Positions 1 through 9,442 are shown, numbered from the stretch's first letter. The stretch: DNA of 64,000 bases from Candidatus Gottesmanbacteria bacterium (GCA_030679255.1 JAUXTO010000030.1:3420-67419); one strand, 5' to 3'. Notes: generated by a model not told the origin, from the letters alone. Numbers and translations: made by a program.

Positions 1-563
1 TCCTCGACAAATAGTCGATATGTCAACTTCCCATGCATCGGAGAATTTGAAAAATAATTCCGTATGATCGTAGAATCGCTGATAGGCTTCGACTTACTAT
101 CAACATATTCACCATACGATGACCATGGATACCTCTCGAGCTCCAGCCTCAAGGCCAGGCCTTGTGGCTGAGAGTCAAACATTTCTACAGGATTGATGTG
201 AATATATCGAGAAACATGTAACAAATATTCATCAGTATCAATGGCCTTCGCCTTAAATTTACCCTGAAAAACTGCCCCTACCCTCTCATATTTTTTATTG
301 AAGTACATTGTATAGGCAGTATGAAGCCGATGAATAAATCGATCAATTGACTCATCCCCATCTTGACGGAGAAGCAGATGAACATGGTTTGGCATCAGGC
401 AGTAAGCGAGAATGGTAACTTCATGCTTTTCCCGATACTCATGTAGTCGCTTGAGGTACCTTTGATAGTCCTTGGCATCATAAAAAATAGTCTGTTTATT
501 ATGTCCACGGTTATACACGTGATAGTACCCCTGGGCCATAAAAATCGGTAATCTCGCTGACAT
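1..563 (-). mobile_element. REP-associated tyrosine transposase (RAYT / IS200-like HUH Y1), 3' end runs off the window
   Basis: Manual translation from ATG at 563: MSARLPIFMAQGYYHVYNRGHNKQTIF...AYCLMPNHVHLLLRQ...YIHINP...YPWSSY; HUH motif and catalytic Tyr region. Not in the ORF track because it is truncated. Confidence 0.9.
145..169. repeat. REP family A palindrome, in-frame inside RAYT1
   Basis: CAAGGCCAGGCCTTG at 150-164; encodes QPQGLALRL on the minus strand. Confidence 0.85.
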
Positions 564-588
564 AATGATCATTATGCACCCATCACCA

Positions 589-616
589 CTCAGGCACAAG
601 GCCTGGCCTTGAGGCT
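589..616. repeat. REP family A palindrome upstream of RAYT1
   Basis: GGCACAAGGCCTGGCCTTGAGGCT, core at 597-611. Confidence 0.85.
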
Positions 617-653
617 AAACATTCTATACCAGAGAATATGCTATACTTTCAAT

Positions 654-1481
654 ATGAAAACTATTGTTACCCATATCGGACCGGATTTGGATGCCATATC
701 CGCAGTTTGGCTCGTTAAAACGCAATTTCCTGATTGGGAAGAGGCCGCAATCGCCTTTGTACCGGCGGGCACAACTCTTGATAAAAAAAACCCGGATGAA
801 AACCCCGAAATCATCCATGTCGATACAGGATTGGGAAAATTTGATCACCATCAATCGAACGCCGATACGTGCGCCGCACAGCTGGTGTATCACGAAGTCA
901 AAAAAACAAAAGGCGCAGACCCTGCGCTCGAACGGATGACGACGGTGATCAATGATCTGGATCATTTCCGTGAAGTGTTTTACCCCAACCCGACCGCGGA
1001 CTTCTGGGATTTCTCCCTTATCACACAAATAGACGGCTGGCGGCTCCTCTATTCGGATAACCCGATTAAAATAGTCAGTCTCGGCATGGAAGCGCTGGAC
1101 GGCATCTACAAATCATTTCAGAACAAAATCTGGGCGGAAAAGGAACTGGCAGAAAAAGCCGTCCACTTTGAATCTCCCTGGGGCAAAGCGTTCGGCATAG
1201 AAACTACCAACGATGAGGTCGTCCACTTGGGACAGAAAATGGGGTATACCCTCGTCATCCGCCGCGATCCCAAGAAGGGCTACGTCCGGATCAAATCCCT
1301 CCCCAGAGATGACATCGATCTGACTTCCGTCTATAATACGCTTAAAGAAAGGGACCCCGCGGCGACTTGGTTTCTCCACCCGAGCCGCCACATGATCCTT
1401 AACGGGAGCGCCAAAAATCCGGACATGAAGCCGACGACGCTGACATTGGACGAACTGATAACTATTTTAAAAAAACCATGA
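654..1481 (+). CDS. DHH/MYG1-like phosphoesterase family protein
   Basis: THIGPDLDAI and FDHHQ motifs; start taken at ATG 654. Confidence 0.6.
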   Translation: MKTIVTHIGPDLDAISAVWLVKTQFPDWEEAAIAFVPAGTTLDKKNPDENPEIIHVDTGLGKFDHHQSNADTCAAQLVYHEVKKTKGADPALERMTTVINDLDHFREVFYPNPTADFWDFSLITQIDGWRLLYSDNPIKIVSLGMEALDGIYKSFQNKIWAEKELAEKAVHFESPWGKAFGIETTNDEVVHLGQKMGYTLVIRRDPKKGYVRIKSLPRDDIDLTSVYNTLKERDPAATWFLHPSRHMILNGSAKNPDMKPTTLTLDELITILKKP

Positions 1482-1960
1482 AGCAAGAAATTATCGTCAT
1501 TAATAATCCCGACGCCAAAAACCTGATCTTCGGTCAGTCGCATTTTATTAAAACCGTCGAGGATCTCCACGAAGCATTGGTTAATACAGTTCCGGGCATC
1601 AAATTCGGTCTTGCCTTTTGCGAAGCCTCCGGCCCCAGGCTCATCCGCACAAGCGGCACGGATGAGGCGATGGTAGCATTAGCAGCAACGAACGCCAAAA
1701 CCGTCGGCTGCGGTCATACATTTTTTATATTTCTGGAAAATGCATTCCCTATCAATGTCCTCAATGCCGTAAAAATGGTACCGGAAGTCGTCCGCATCTT
1801 CGCGGCAACTGCCAATCCCCTCGAAGTCATCGTTGCCCGTACAAAGCAGGGTGGGGGGGTCCTGGGCGTCGTCGACGGCGGCCAGCCCGCAGGGATAGAA
1901 AAATCAGCAGATGTGGCATACCGCAAAGATTTTCTCCGAAAAATTGGATATAAACTTTAA
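1478..1960 (+). CDS. Adenosine-specific kinase family protein (DUF355)
   Basis: GQSHFIKTVEDL, FGLAFCEASG and FAATANP motifs. Confidence 0.85.
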   Translation: MKQEIIVINNPDAKNLIFGQSHFIKTVEDLHEALVNTVPGIKFGLAFCEASGPRLIRTSGTDEAMVALAATNAKTVGCGHTFFIFLENAFPINVLNAVKMVPEVVRIFAATANPLEVIVARTKQGGGVLGVVDGGQPAGIEKSADVAYRKDFLRKIGYKL

Positions 1961-1980
1961 AGGGGGTGTAATTTTTATTT

Positions 1981-2172
1981 ATGGTATTTGTCAAAGCACA
2001 ACCGGGAGATACATCAGATTCACTCATCCGAAAGTTTACGCGTAAAGTCCTGACGGAAGGGATCCTCCAGGATCTCAAAAAACGTGAGTTTTATCAAAAA
2101 CCCGCGGAAATCCGCAAAGAAAAAAGCCGTGAGCTCGCTCGGCGGCTCAAGCATCCGCGACGGACGCGCTAA
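1981..2172 (+). CDS. rpsU: 30S ribosomal protein S21
   Basis: LIRKFTRKV...KREFYQKP; sits upstream of yqeY. Confidence 0.85.
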   Translation: MVFVKAQPGDTSDSLIRKFTRKVLTEGILQDLKKREFYQKPAEIRKEKSRELARRLKHPRRTR

Positions 2173-2194
2173 CGGTCATCACTACTACGACAGT

Positions 2195-2644
2195 ATGTTG
2201 CTCGATGAGATTAAAACATCAATCACGACAGCCCTCAAAGCCGGGGATGGCAGGCGTGTTGCGACGCTCAGATTTCTAGTGGCAGCTGTTGGCAACCTAG
2301 CCATTGCCAAATACGGAGCCGGGAGTGAAACAGGGCTCACCGTTGCGGACGTGTTGGACGTCATCAAACGCCAGACAAAAACACATAAGGAATCCATAGA
2401 GGCATTTACCAAAGCCGCACGAACAGAACTTGCTGCAAAAGAATCCGAAGAGCTTGCTATTCTGGAGAGTTATCTTCCGCAGCAACTGACGGATGAACAG
2501 CTGAAAAAACTTCTTGAACCTGTTGCCGCTTCAGGAGAAGTCAATTTTGGTTTACTCATGGGTAAAGCCATGGCCGCGGTCAAGGGTCAGGCAGATGGAG
2601 GTAGAGTATCTTCGGTTCTGAAACAAATGCTTCCACCATCATGA
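2195..2644 (+). CDS. GatB/YqeY domain protein
   Basis: ALKAGD...ELAILESYLPQQL...GQADG; start taken at ATG 2195. Confidence 0.9.
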   Translation: MLLDEIKTSITTALKAGDGRRVATLRFLVAAVGNLAIAKYGAGSETGLTVADVLDVIKRQTKTHKESIEAFTKAARTELAAKESEELAILESYLPQQLTDEQLKKLLEPVAASGEVNFGLLMGKAMAAVKGQADGGRVSSVLKQMLPPS

Positions 2645-3039
2645 TCACCATCCTTTTCCAAACCGAAACCCACTATCCGGTGAACCGTAAAAAAGTGAGA
2701 GATGCCCTCATAGCTTCCCTGGAAAAAAAGATCAAACACCCCGTCGAAGTGAGTGTCGCAATTATCGGCGACCGCAAAATGAAGGCGCTCAACCGTACAT
2801 ACCGCAAAATCGATGCCTCTACGGATGTCCTCTCGTTTCCCTTCAATGATCCTGCGTATACCAAAGGTCAGGGATTTGTCGACGCGCCGGATCATGTGCT
2901 TCGTCTGGGCGACATCATCATTTCTTACCCGCAGGCTGTAGCCACAGCAACTGAGGAAAACAAACTCGTCGATGAGGTCATCGTATCACTCGCCCTTCAC
3001 GGCCTGGACCACCTGCTGGGGATCCACCACGAAGAATAA
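2641..3039 (+). CDS. ybeY: rRNA maturation endoribonuclease YbeY
   Basis: TDVLSFP, LGDIIIS and HGLDHLLGIHH motifs. Confidence 0.95.
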   Translation: MITILFQTETHYPVNRKKVRDALIASLEKKIKHPVEVSVAIIGDRKMKALNRTYRKIDASTDVLSFPFNDPAYTKGQGFVDAPDHVLRLGDIIISYPQAVATATEENKLVDEVIVSLALHGLDHLLGIHHEE

Positions 3040-3133
3040 ATAAGGAATAATTGAATAAGGAAATAAGTAAATGAAAAACGCTTCTATCATTCATTATTCG
3101 TTTATTCTATTATTTACTTATTCGTTTATTTAA
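3033..3133. repeat. Inverted array of ~8-nt periodic repeats
   Basis: (NNgaataa)n followed by the complementary (ttattcNN)n. Confidence 0.7.
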
Positions 3134-3134
3134 T

Positions 3135-4625
3135 ATGTCTTTCTATCGAATCTATCGCCCGAAGGTATTGGATGAAATAGATAATGCCACGGTCCGGCAC
3201 ACGGTCGAGTTACTCCTCACCAAGCCCAAAACTGAGCTTCCGCATGCATACCTCCTTGTGGGCCCCAGAGGAACCGGTAAAACGACCACCGCGCGTGTCA
3301 TCGCCAAACTTTTCAATTGCGAGCATCCGACCAAATCCGGGGCTCCGTGTGGTAGCTGCGGACCATGTAAAGCAATCGCGGGCGGTCGGCATTTGGATGT
3401 CATGGAGATCGATGCAGCGAGCAATACCGGAGTGGATAATATCCGGGACCTGCGCGACCGCGTGGCCCTCGCTCCTGCTCAGGCCGTATGGAAAATCTAT
3501 ATCATCGACGAGGTACACATGCTTTCGACGGGCGCGTTTAACGCGCTCCTCAAGACGCTCGAGGAGCCCCCGACCCATGCGATTTTTATCCTCGCTACGA
3601 CCGACCCGCAAAAGATCCCGGCGACGGTCGTTTCCCGCTGCCAGGTTGTCTCATTTGGCAAAGCGCAAGCTCCAGATATCACCCACGCGCTTGAGCGGAT
3701 TATCGCGCAGGAAAAGATGAAGATAGACGCCGATGCGCTTTCCCTCATCGTGGACTCTGCGGATGGCTCATTCCGTGACGCCGTCAAAAACCTAGAGCAA
3801 ATCAGTTTTCATAAAGGCACGATTACGGTTGATGTGGTCAGAAGCAATCTGGGCATCGGGGCGCATACAGCCCGTGATACATTTCTTGCTAATATTTTGG
3901 CTCACGACACCAATGCAGCGCTTGGGAACGTCCAAAACGCAGTGAAAGAGGGAATAGACATCAAAGTGTTTCTTGTGGATTGCCTCCGTGAACTTGAACA
4001 CCGTCTGGTAGACCACGTTATCACAAAAAATACCGCCGGAACGATCCACCTCCGGACGCTCATCGAATGTTTCTCCGACGCGTATTCCCAACTTCGTACG
4101 AGCCCGATTCCGGAACTTCCGCTGGAGCTTGCCGTCGTAGAGTATTGTGAACAAAAAAATGAAAAGATTTCTCCGATCATCAATACACCTTTATCCGTCA
4201 TTCCGGGCTTGCTGCGCCCATCCGAAGCTTCCAGCGAAGGAGGGATCCGGAATCCAGTTCCCAAATTGCTGGATCCCGACCCGCTTCGACGTAGCGAGGC
4301 GAGCTCGCTGGCCGGGATGACAAAAAAAGAACCATCATCCGAACCGATTTCCACCGAAACCCTCGGTCTCATCACACGCGAAAAACTTATCGAGCATTGG
4401 AAAGACGTGATCGATGAACTCAAACCCTTTAATCATTCTGTTGCGGGGGTCATGCGCTCCACTAGACCCAAGGAGGTCGTTGATGGTATAGTCACCATAG
4501 AGGCATTTTATAAATTCCATCAGGAAAAATTGTCCGAAGTCAAAACGCGCGAAGTGATTGCAGGGGTTCTCAAAAAATTATTTGGTGAAAAGGTGAGAGT
4601 AGAGGTGGTGCTGGGAAAAAAATAG
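3135..4625 (+). CDS. dnaX: DNA polymerase III subunit gamma/tau
   Basis: GPRGTGKTT, Zn-finger Cys, EIDAAS, IIDEVHML, NALLKTLEEPP. Confidence 0.97.
   Translation: MSFYRIYRPKVLDEIDNATVRHTVELLLTKPKTELPHAYLLVGPRGTGKTTTARVIAKLFNCEHPTKSGAPCGSCGPCKAIAGGRHLDVMEIDAASNTGVDNIRDLRDRVALAPAQAVWKIYIIDEVHMLSTGAFNALLKTLEEPPTHAIFILATTDPQKIPATVVSRCQVVSFGKAQAPDITHALERIIAQEKMKIDADALSLIVDSADGSFRDAVKNLEQISFHKGTITVDVVRSNLGIGAHTARDTFLANILAHDTNAALGNVQNAVKEGIDIKVFLVDCLRELEHRLVDHVITKNTAGTIHLRTLIECFSDAYSQLRTSPIPELPLELAVVEYCEQKNEKISPIINTPLSVIPGLLRPSEASSEGGIRNPVPKLLDPDPLRRSEASSLAGMTKKEPSSEPISTETLGLITREKLIEHWKDVIDELKPFNHSVAGVMRSTRPKEVVDGIVTIEAFYKFHQEKLSEVKTREVIAGVLKKLFGEKVRVEVVLGKK
4197..4321. repeat. Composite palindromic element (family C with nested family D), in-frame in dnaX
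   Basis: GTCATTCCGGGC...GGAATCCAG...CTGGATCCCG...CCGGGATGAC. Confidence 0.8.
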
Positions 4626-4719
4626 TGTTGCAGTTCACACTATATTTTATTTCCTAGATTGGGAGTATTTGATTATTGGTACTATTGGGAGTATTCTTTT
4701 CGACGGAAGGAGAAAAGCT

Positions 4720-4986
4720 ATGATGAATCCATTTAAGGCGTTGGGAGACATGAACGCGATGCGCAAGCAAGCCATGGCCATCCAACAGGCGCTCGAAGGC
4801 GAGGAGTTTGAAGTGACCCAGGGCTCTGTCCGCGTCGTTATCACCGGCAACCAAAATGTGAAAGTAGTGGAGGTCGATGGGATGCCAAACGAAGATTTCA
4901 AACGCGCGATCAATGACGCAATCAAAAGAAGCCAACAGGCAGCAGCAGGAAAGTTAGCAGAGTTGTCCAAAAATTTTCAACAGTAA
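4720..4986 (+). CDS. YbaB/EbfC nucleoid-associated protein
   Basis: Follows dnaX; KQAMAIQQAL...VRVVITGNQ...AINDA. Confidence 0.85.
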   Translation: MMNPFKALGDMNAMRKQAMAIQQALEGEEFEVTQGSVRVVITGNQNVKVVEVDGMPNEDFKRAINDAIKRSQQAAAGKLAELSKNFQQ

Positions 4987-5103
4987 GCACCTAGCATCAA
5001 AATCCAAGCACCAAACAAGAACAAACAAGAAGTAACTGGGTTGTTTATATATTGATGCTTGTATTTGTTTGTTTGGTACTTGGTGCTTGATGCTTGGAAT
5101 TTA
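4986..5103. repeat. Inverted array of 7-nt periodic repeats
   Basis: aagcacc/tagcatc/aaaatcc... followed by ggtactt/ggtgctt/gatgctt/ggaattt. Confidence 0.75.
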
Positions 5104-5106
5104 TAC

Positions 5107-6171
5107 ATGCAGGTTATTGTCACCGGCTCATTGGGCTTCGACTACATCATGGACTTTCCGGGACGGTTTGCCGACCGGATCATGCCGGATAATATCCATA
5201 AACTTTCGTTAAGTTTTCTCGTTGATAAACTTTCTAAACAATTCGGCGGTGTTGCGGGCAACATCGCCTATACACTCAAACTCCTTGGTGTCGATCCTCT
5301 CATTGTCGCCTGTGTAGGCAATGATTTTGCTCCATATAAAACACATCTCAACGATCATCAACTCAGCACGAAATGGATAAAAGAATTTAAAAATGAATCA
5401 TGCAGTCTCTACTCCGTTGTCACTGACCAGGACGATAACCAAATTGGTTCGTATTTCGTGGGAGCCATGAAACATGCAAAAGAATTATCTTTGCAAGACA
5501 TCGTCTTGCGAGGCAAGACGATGTCTTATGAAAATTTCGTCGTCATCTCTCCCACAGATCCCAAAGCTATGATCAAATACGTCAAAGAATGCCGATCACT
5601 CAAGATCCGGTACCTCTATGATCCGGCATTCCAGATTGCGACATTCTCACCAGAGGAACTCAAGGAGGGAATTACCGGCGCGGCCCTTTTCATCGGTAAC
5701 GACTATGAAATCTCCCTTGTGGAAAATCGCCTCGGCATCTCCCATGATGAGCTTCTCGCCATGGCGCCAGTCGTCATCACGACCCTGGGAGCCAAAGGCT
5801 CCATCATCGAGACCCGCAAGGAAGCCATCCACGTTGCTCCCGCCAAACCCAAAAATACCAGCGACCCGACTGGAGCGGGGGACGCCTACCGCGGGGGCTT
5901 CCTCGCCGGATACATAAAAGCTCTAGGCACAAGGCCAGGCCTTGAGGTTAGACAGCTTTCGGTTTCCCCAGGCACAAAACTGCACACTCTAGGCACAAGG
6001 CCTGGCCTTGAGGCTACGTTGTCCGCTGATGAACTTCTTGTCTGCGGTCAGATGGGCTCGGTCGCCGCCGTCTACACGGTCGAGACCTACGGCACCCAGA
6101 CCCACGCCTTCACGAAAAAAGAATTTGCAGCGCGTTATAAGGCCAACTTTGGGCTCCCGATCTCGTTATGA
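5107..6171 (+). CDS. PfkB-family carbohydrate kinase (adenosine kinase-like)
   Basis: GGVAGNIAY and DPTGAGDAYRGG motifs; contains REP-derived inserts. Confidence 0.9.
   Translation: MQVIVTGSLGFDYIMDFPGRFADRIMPDNIHKLSLSFLVDKLSKQFGGVAGNIAYTLKLLGVDPLIVACVGNDFAPYKTHLNDHQLSTKWIKEFKNESCSLYSVVTDQDDNQIGSYFVGAMKHAKELSLQDIVLRGKTMSYENFVVISPTDPKAMIKYVKECRSLKIRYLYDPAFQIATFSPEELKEGITGAALFIGNDYEISLVENRLGISHDELLAMAPVVITTLGAKGSIIETRKEAIHVAPAKPKNTSDPTGAGDAYRGGFLAGYIKALGTRPGLEVRQLSVSPGTKLHTLGTRPGLEATLSADELLVCGQMGSVAAVYTVETYGTQTHAFTKKEFAARYKANFGLPISL
5923..6015. repeat. Two REP family A copies in-frame in the PfkB kinase
   Basis: Cores at 5930-5944 and 5996-6010; the peptide LGTRPGLE occurs twice. Confidence 0.85.
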
Positions 6172-6191
6172 CTTTATAGACTTTATTAACT

Positions 6192-6740
6192 ATGACTCCC
6201 GGCCAAACCATCAAAACATTCACAACTAAAAAAGGCAATACTGTCGTCATCCGGTATCCCAAATGGGAAGATTTGGATGACGTACTCGCCTTTGCCAATA
6301 ATCTTGTTGAAGAAGAAGCTCTCCTTGCCCTTTCCAAAAAACAAACGCGTGCAGAGGAAGCGAAGTGGATGGCGGATACATTTGAAAAAATCGAAACCGG
6401 AAAAAAAATTAAACTTGTGGCCGTGGTGAATGGAAAGTATGCCGGCAACTGCGAGATTCGCATCCATGACAATCGGGAATCTCACGTTGGTGACATCGGC
6501 ATCGCATTGAGCAAAGACTACCGCGATGAAGGTATCGGCGCCGAGCTTCTCACGACACTCATTGCCCAAGGAAAAAACGCTGGTCTCAAACTTCTCATTC
6601 TTTACTGTTATGAAAACAATGATCGCGCTCTCCATCTCTATGAAAAATTGGGATTTACTCGTTCCGGCCTCGTCCCGGGAACCTTCGCATATAAAGGAAG
6701 CTACATTGGAGATGTCACTTTGTACTTGCCTCTCAAATAG
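6192..6740 (+). CDS. GNAT family N-acetyltransferase
   Basis: YRDEGIG and N..ALHLYEKLGF motifs. Confidence 0.9.
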   Translation: MTPGQTIKTFTTKKGNTVVIRYPKWEDLDDVLAFANNLVEEEALLALSKKQTRAEEAKWMADTFEKIETGKKIKLVAVVNGKYAGNCEIRIHDNRESHVGDIGIALSKDYRDEGIGAELLTTLIAQGKNAGLKLLILYCYENNDRALHLYEKLGFTRSGLVPGTFAYKGSYIGDVTLYLPLK

Positions 6741-6875
6741 TTTAGCCCTTTACAACAATATAAAATCCAATAGTTTTGTAAGTATTATAGGGTAAGAAAT
6801 GTACCAATCTACGCTTGACACGGTCAAACCAATACTGTTATACATGAAGATATTCTGTCCAAAGAAAGGAACTAT

Positions 6876-8144
6876 ATGAAAAATTCTCTCTCTCATGATG
6901 TCGCTAATCTCAAACTTGCCCCGGAGGGCAAAAAGAAAATCGAGTGGGCAGGGCAAAACAGCCCGGTCCTCAATCTCATTACAGAAGAATTCTCCAGAAC
7001 CAAACCGCTGAAGGGGCTCACGATCGCCGCATGCCTCCACGTCACAAGCGAAACCGCCAATCTTATGTTGGCGTATGTGGCAGGTGGTGCCAAAGTCGTC
7101 CTGTGTGCCAGCAACCCGTTATCCACGCAGGATATGGTCGCCGCGTCGCTCGTCGTAGACTACGGTATCCCGGTGTTTGCCATCCATGGGGAAGATAAAA
7201 AAACATATTACCAACATCTCAATAAAGCGCTTGATTTCCATCCAAATCTTACTACTGATGATGGAGCGGATCTCGTATCGCTGCTTCATACGGAGCGTAC
7301 CAAGCAGCTTGTTGAACTCATTGGAAGCGCTGAGGAAACCACGACCGGCGTCATCCGACTTAAAGCTATGGCCCACGATAAAGCACTCAAGATTCCTGTC
7401 CTTGCCATCAACGAAAGCGATACGAAGCATCTGTTTGACAACCGCTACGGTACGGGCCAGTCAACGGTGGACGGCATCATCCGGACGACGAATATCCTTC
7501 TTGCCGGCAAACGCGTGGTCGTATGCGGTTACGGCTGGTGCAGCCGGGGCATTGCTTCCCGCATGCGCGGAATGGGCGCAATCGTCACGGTGACGGAAGT
7601 TGATCCCGTCAAAGCACTTGAGGCGGTCATGGACGGATTCACCGTCGATCAGATCGGCCGGGCTGTGCGCTACGGCGACGTATTCGTTTCGGCCACAGGA
7701 GACAAGCAGGTTATCACCCTCGCCCACATGAAACGGATGAAGGATGGCGCGATCCTTGCTAACTCCGGTCACTTCAATGTGGAGTTTGACTATGACGGAC
7801 TCGTGAAACTTGCCAAATCACGAAGGATTTTGCGCAATAATCTCGAGGAGCTCGTCCTTCCAACGGGCAAACGACTCTACGCCCTCGGCGAGGGGAGACT
7901 TATTAATTTGGCAGGCGCCGAAGGACACCCGGCGGAAGTCATGGATATGAGCTTTGCCAACCAGGCCTTGGGAGCCGCGTGGTTTGTGAAGCGCAAGGGC
8001 ACGCTGCAGCCCAAAGTCTACGTGCTTCCGAAAGACGTGGATCAGCGCGTTGCCCGTCTCAAACTCCGTGCCATGGGGATGCGCTTTGACCGGTTGACCC
8101 AAATCCAGCGCAAGTACCTACATAGCTGGACGGAAGGGACATAA
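6876..8144 (+). CDS. ahcY: Adenosylhomocysteinase
   Basis: ACLHVT, SNPLSTQD, EETTTG, KHLFDNRYGTGQS, GRLINL, GHPAEVMD. Confidence 0.97.
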   Translation: MKNSLSHDVANLKLAPEGKKKIEWAGQNSPVLNLITEEFSRTKPLKGLTIAACLHVTSETANLMLAYVAGGAKVVLCASNPLSTQDMVAASLVVDYGIPVFAIHGEDKKTYYQHLNKALDFHPNLTTDDGADLVSLLHTERTKQLVELIGSAEETTTGVIRLKAMAHDKALKIPVLAINESDTKHLFDNRYGTGQSTVDGIIRTTNILLAGKRVVVCGYGWCSRGIASRMRGMGAIVTVTEVDPVKALEAVMDGFTVDQIGRAVRYGDVFVSATGDKQVITLAHMKRMKDGAILANSGHFNVEFDYDGLVKLAKSRRILRNNLEELVLPTGKRLYALGEGRLINLAGAEGHPAEVMDMSFANQALGAAWFVKRKGTLQPKVYVLPKDVDQRVARLKLRAMGMRFDRLTQIQRKYLHSWTEGT

Positions 8145-8156
8145 ACGACCACGTTC

Positions 8157-8250
8157 GTCATTCCCGCGTACGCTCGCCTCGCTGGAGCTCCGGCGAAGCG
8201 GGCGGGAATCCAGAGTAAAAACACTGGATCCCGGCCTTCGCCGGGATGAC
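8157..8250. repeat. Family C composite palindromic element (intergenic)
   Basis: GTCATTCCCGCG...GCGGGAATCCAG...CTGGATCCCGGC...GCCGGGATGAC with a nested family D copy. Confidence 0.8.
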
Positions 8251-8259
8251 AATATTTCC

Positions 8260-8802
8260 ATGTCATTGCTATCAATACTATTCACCGCTCTCAACCTTTC
8301 CTTTGCCCTCCTCATTTTTTTCCTGACCCTTGCCTTTGCAACCGGTGCGCCATTCGTGCGGTCCAATAAAAAGGCGGTGGACGCCATGATCCGGCTCGCG
8401 CGCCTCAAGCCCGGCATGAAGGTGTACGATCTGGGCTCCGGCGATGGCACGCTTCTTTTTCGTGCAGCCGACCTTGGAGCAATTGCAGTTGGACTGGAAA
8501 TCAATCCCTTCCTCGTCCTGTGGACAAATATAAAAATTCTTCTCTCATTAGACAGAAATAGAGTTACCGTCCGGTGGCAAAACTTCTGGCGCACCGATAT
8601 TCATGACGCAGACGTCGTCTTCGTCTATCTCCTCCCGTGGCGGATGGAAAAACTCGCAACAAAATTAGAAAATGAACTCAAGCCTGGTAGCCTCGTCATC
8701 TCCAACAGTTTTATTTTCCCAAACTGGAAAATTCTTCGCAGCGATGAATCCAGCCACATCTACGTATTTAAAATTATTGACAACCCATCCTCTTCGGCGT
8801 AA
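8260..8802 (+). CDS. Membrane-anchored class I SAM-dependent methyltransferase
   Basis: N-terminal TM helix; GAPFV, YDLGSGDG and GLEINP motifs. Confidence 0.85.
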   Translation: MSLLSILFTALNLSFALLIFFLTLAFATGAPFVRSNKKAVDAMIRLARLKPGMKVYDLGSGDGTLLFRAADLGAIAVGLEINPFLVLWTNIKILLSLDRNRVTVRWQNFWRTDIHDADVVFVYLLPWRMEKLATKLENELKPGSLVISNSFIFPNWKILRSDESSHIYVFKIIDNPSSSA

Positions 8803-8811
8803 AGTAACATT

Positions 8812-9126
8812 ATGATTACTGACGCAGATATCAAGAAACTCAAAAAAGTCTTTGCCACCAAGGATGATCTGAAACAGTTTGCCACCAAGGATGATCTGAA
8901 ACAGTTTGCAACGAAAGAGGACTTCAACACCATGGAAAGAACATTGAGAGGCGATATCGCAAACGACCTTAAGTACATGGAAGCCAGATTAAGAAAAAAC
9001 ATTGTTGACGATGTCGCAGATATGTTGCAGGAGAGTGTTATCAATCTGTTGAGCCAACACGAAGAACGAATCGACCGCTTGGAAAAGCACGTTGGCGGTT
9101 TTCCAGCAATCGCGAGCGCCAGTTGA
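8812..9126 (+). CDS. Hypothetical coiled-coil protein with ATKDDLKQF repeats
   Basis: 27-nt tandem repeat encoding FATKDDLKQ. Confidence 0.7.
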   Translation: MITDADIKKLKKVFATKDDLKQFATKDDLKQFATKEDFNTMERTLRGDIANDLKYMEARLRKNIVDDVADMLQESVINLLSQHEERIDRLEKHVGGFPAIASAS

Positions 9127-9152
9127 CGCACAAGGAAACACTGTGATAAAAT
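9123..9152 (+). promoter_or_regulatory. Sigma70-like promoter of the thr leader
   Basis: TTGACG...TGaTAAAAT (extended -10). Confidence 0.55.
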
Positions 9153-9302
9153 ATTATTAACTTCCCGATTGCATGAGACCTAACCAACCTCAAAGAGAAG
9201 CGCCCCTTCGGCGAAAAGAAGAGAATGAAGAACCGTTCTAAAATTGCGATGGAACCGTCCGGCAAAAGTCGGGCTCGCAAGGAAGAACGGTTTTATTGGT
9301 TT

Positions 9303-9374
9303 ATGAATAACATGAGGATCACGACTACCACCACTACAACCCAACAATTTGTTGGGAGATGTGTGAGTGGGTAG
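9303..9374 (+). CDS. Thr-rich attenuator leader peptide MNNMRITTTTTTTQQFVGRCVSG
   Basis: Seven consecutive Thr codons (9321-9341) upstream of a terminator and thrS. Confidence 0.88.
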   Translation: MNNMRITTTTTTTQQFVGRCVSG

Positions 9375-9397
9375 AAAAGACAATCACCTCCTCAGAC

Positions 9398-9422
9398 ATC
9401 CCGCAACAAAGCGGGATTTTTT
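9398..9422 (+). terminator. Attenuator terminator (thrS leader)
   Basis: ATCCCGC-AACAAA-GCGGGAT followed by a T-run. Confidence 0.85.
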
Positions 9423-9442
9423 ATAGAGGGGAGGTGAATATA

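Noticed and set aside
4150-4200. Programmed -1 frameshift in dnaX
   Set aside because: The A-run is not the A6G slippery motif and the nearest hairpin is about 35 nt away and repeat-derived.
5500-5522. Palindrome ATCGTCTTGCGAGGCAAGACGAT in the PfkB gene as another REP family
   Set aside because: Only one copy was seen in the window, so a family cannot be supported.
6741-6875. SAH or SAM riboswitch upstream of ahcY
   Set aside because: AT-rich, promoter-like sequence only; no recognisable aptamer stems.
7959-7972. CCAGGCCTTGG in ahcY as a family A REP
   Set aside because: Partial match within the conserved SFANQAL motif, with no insertion.
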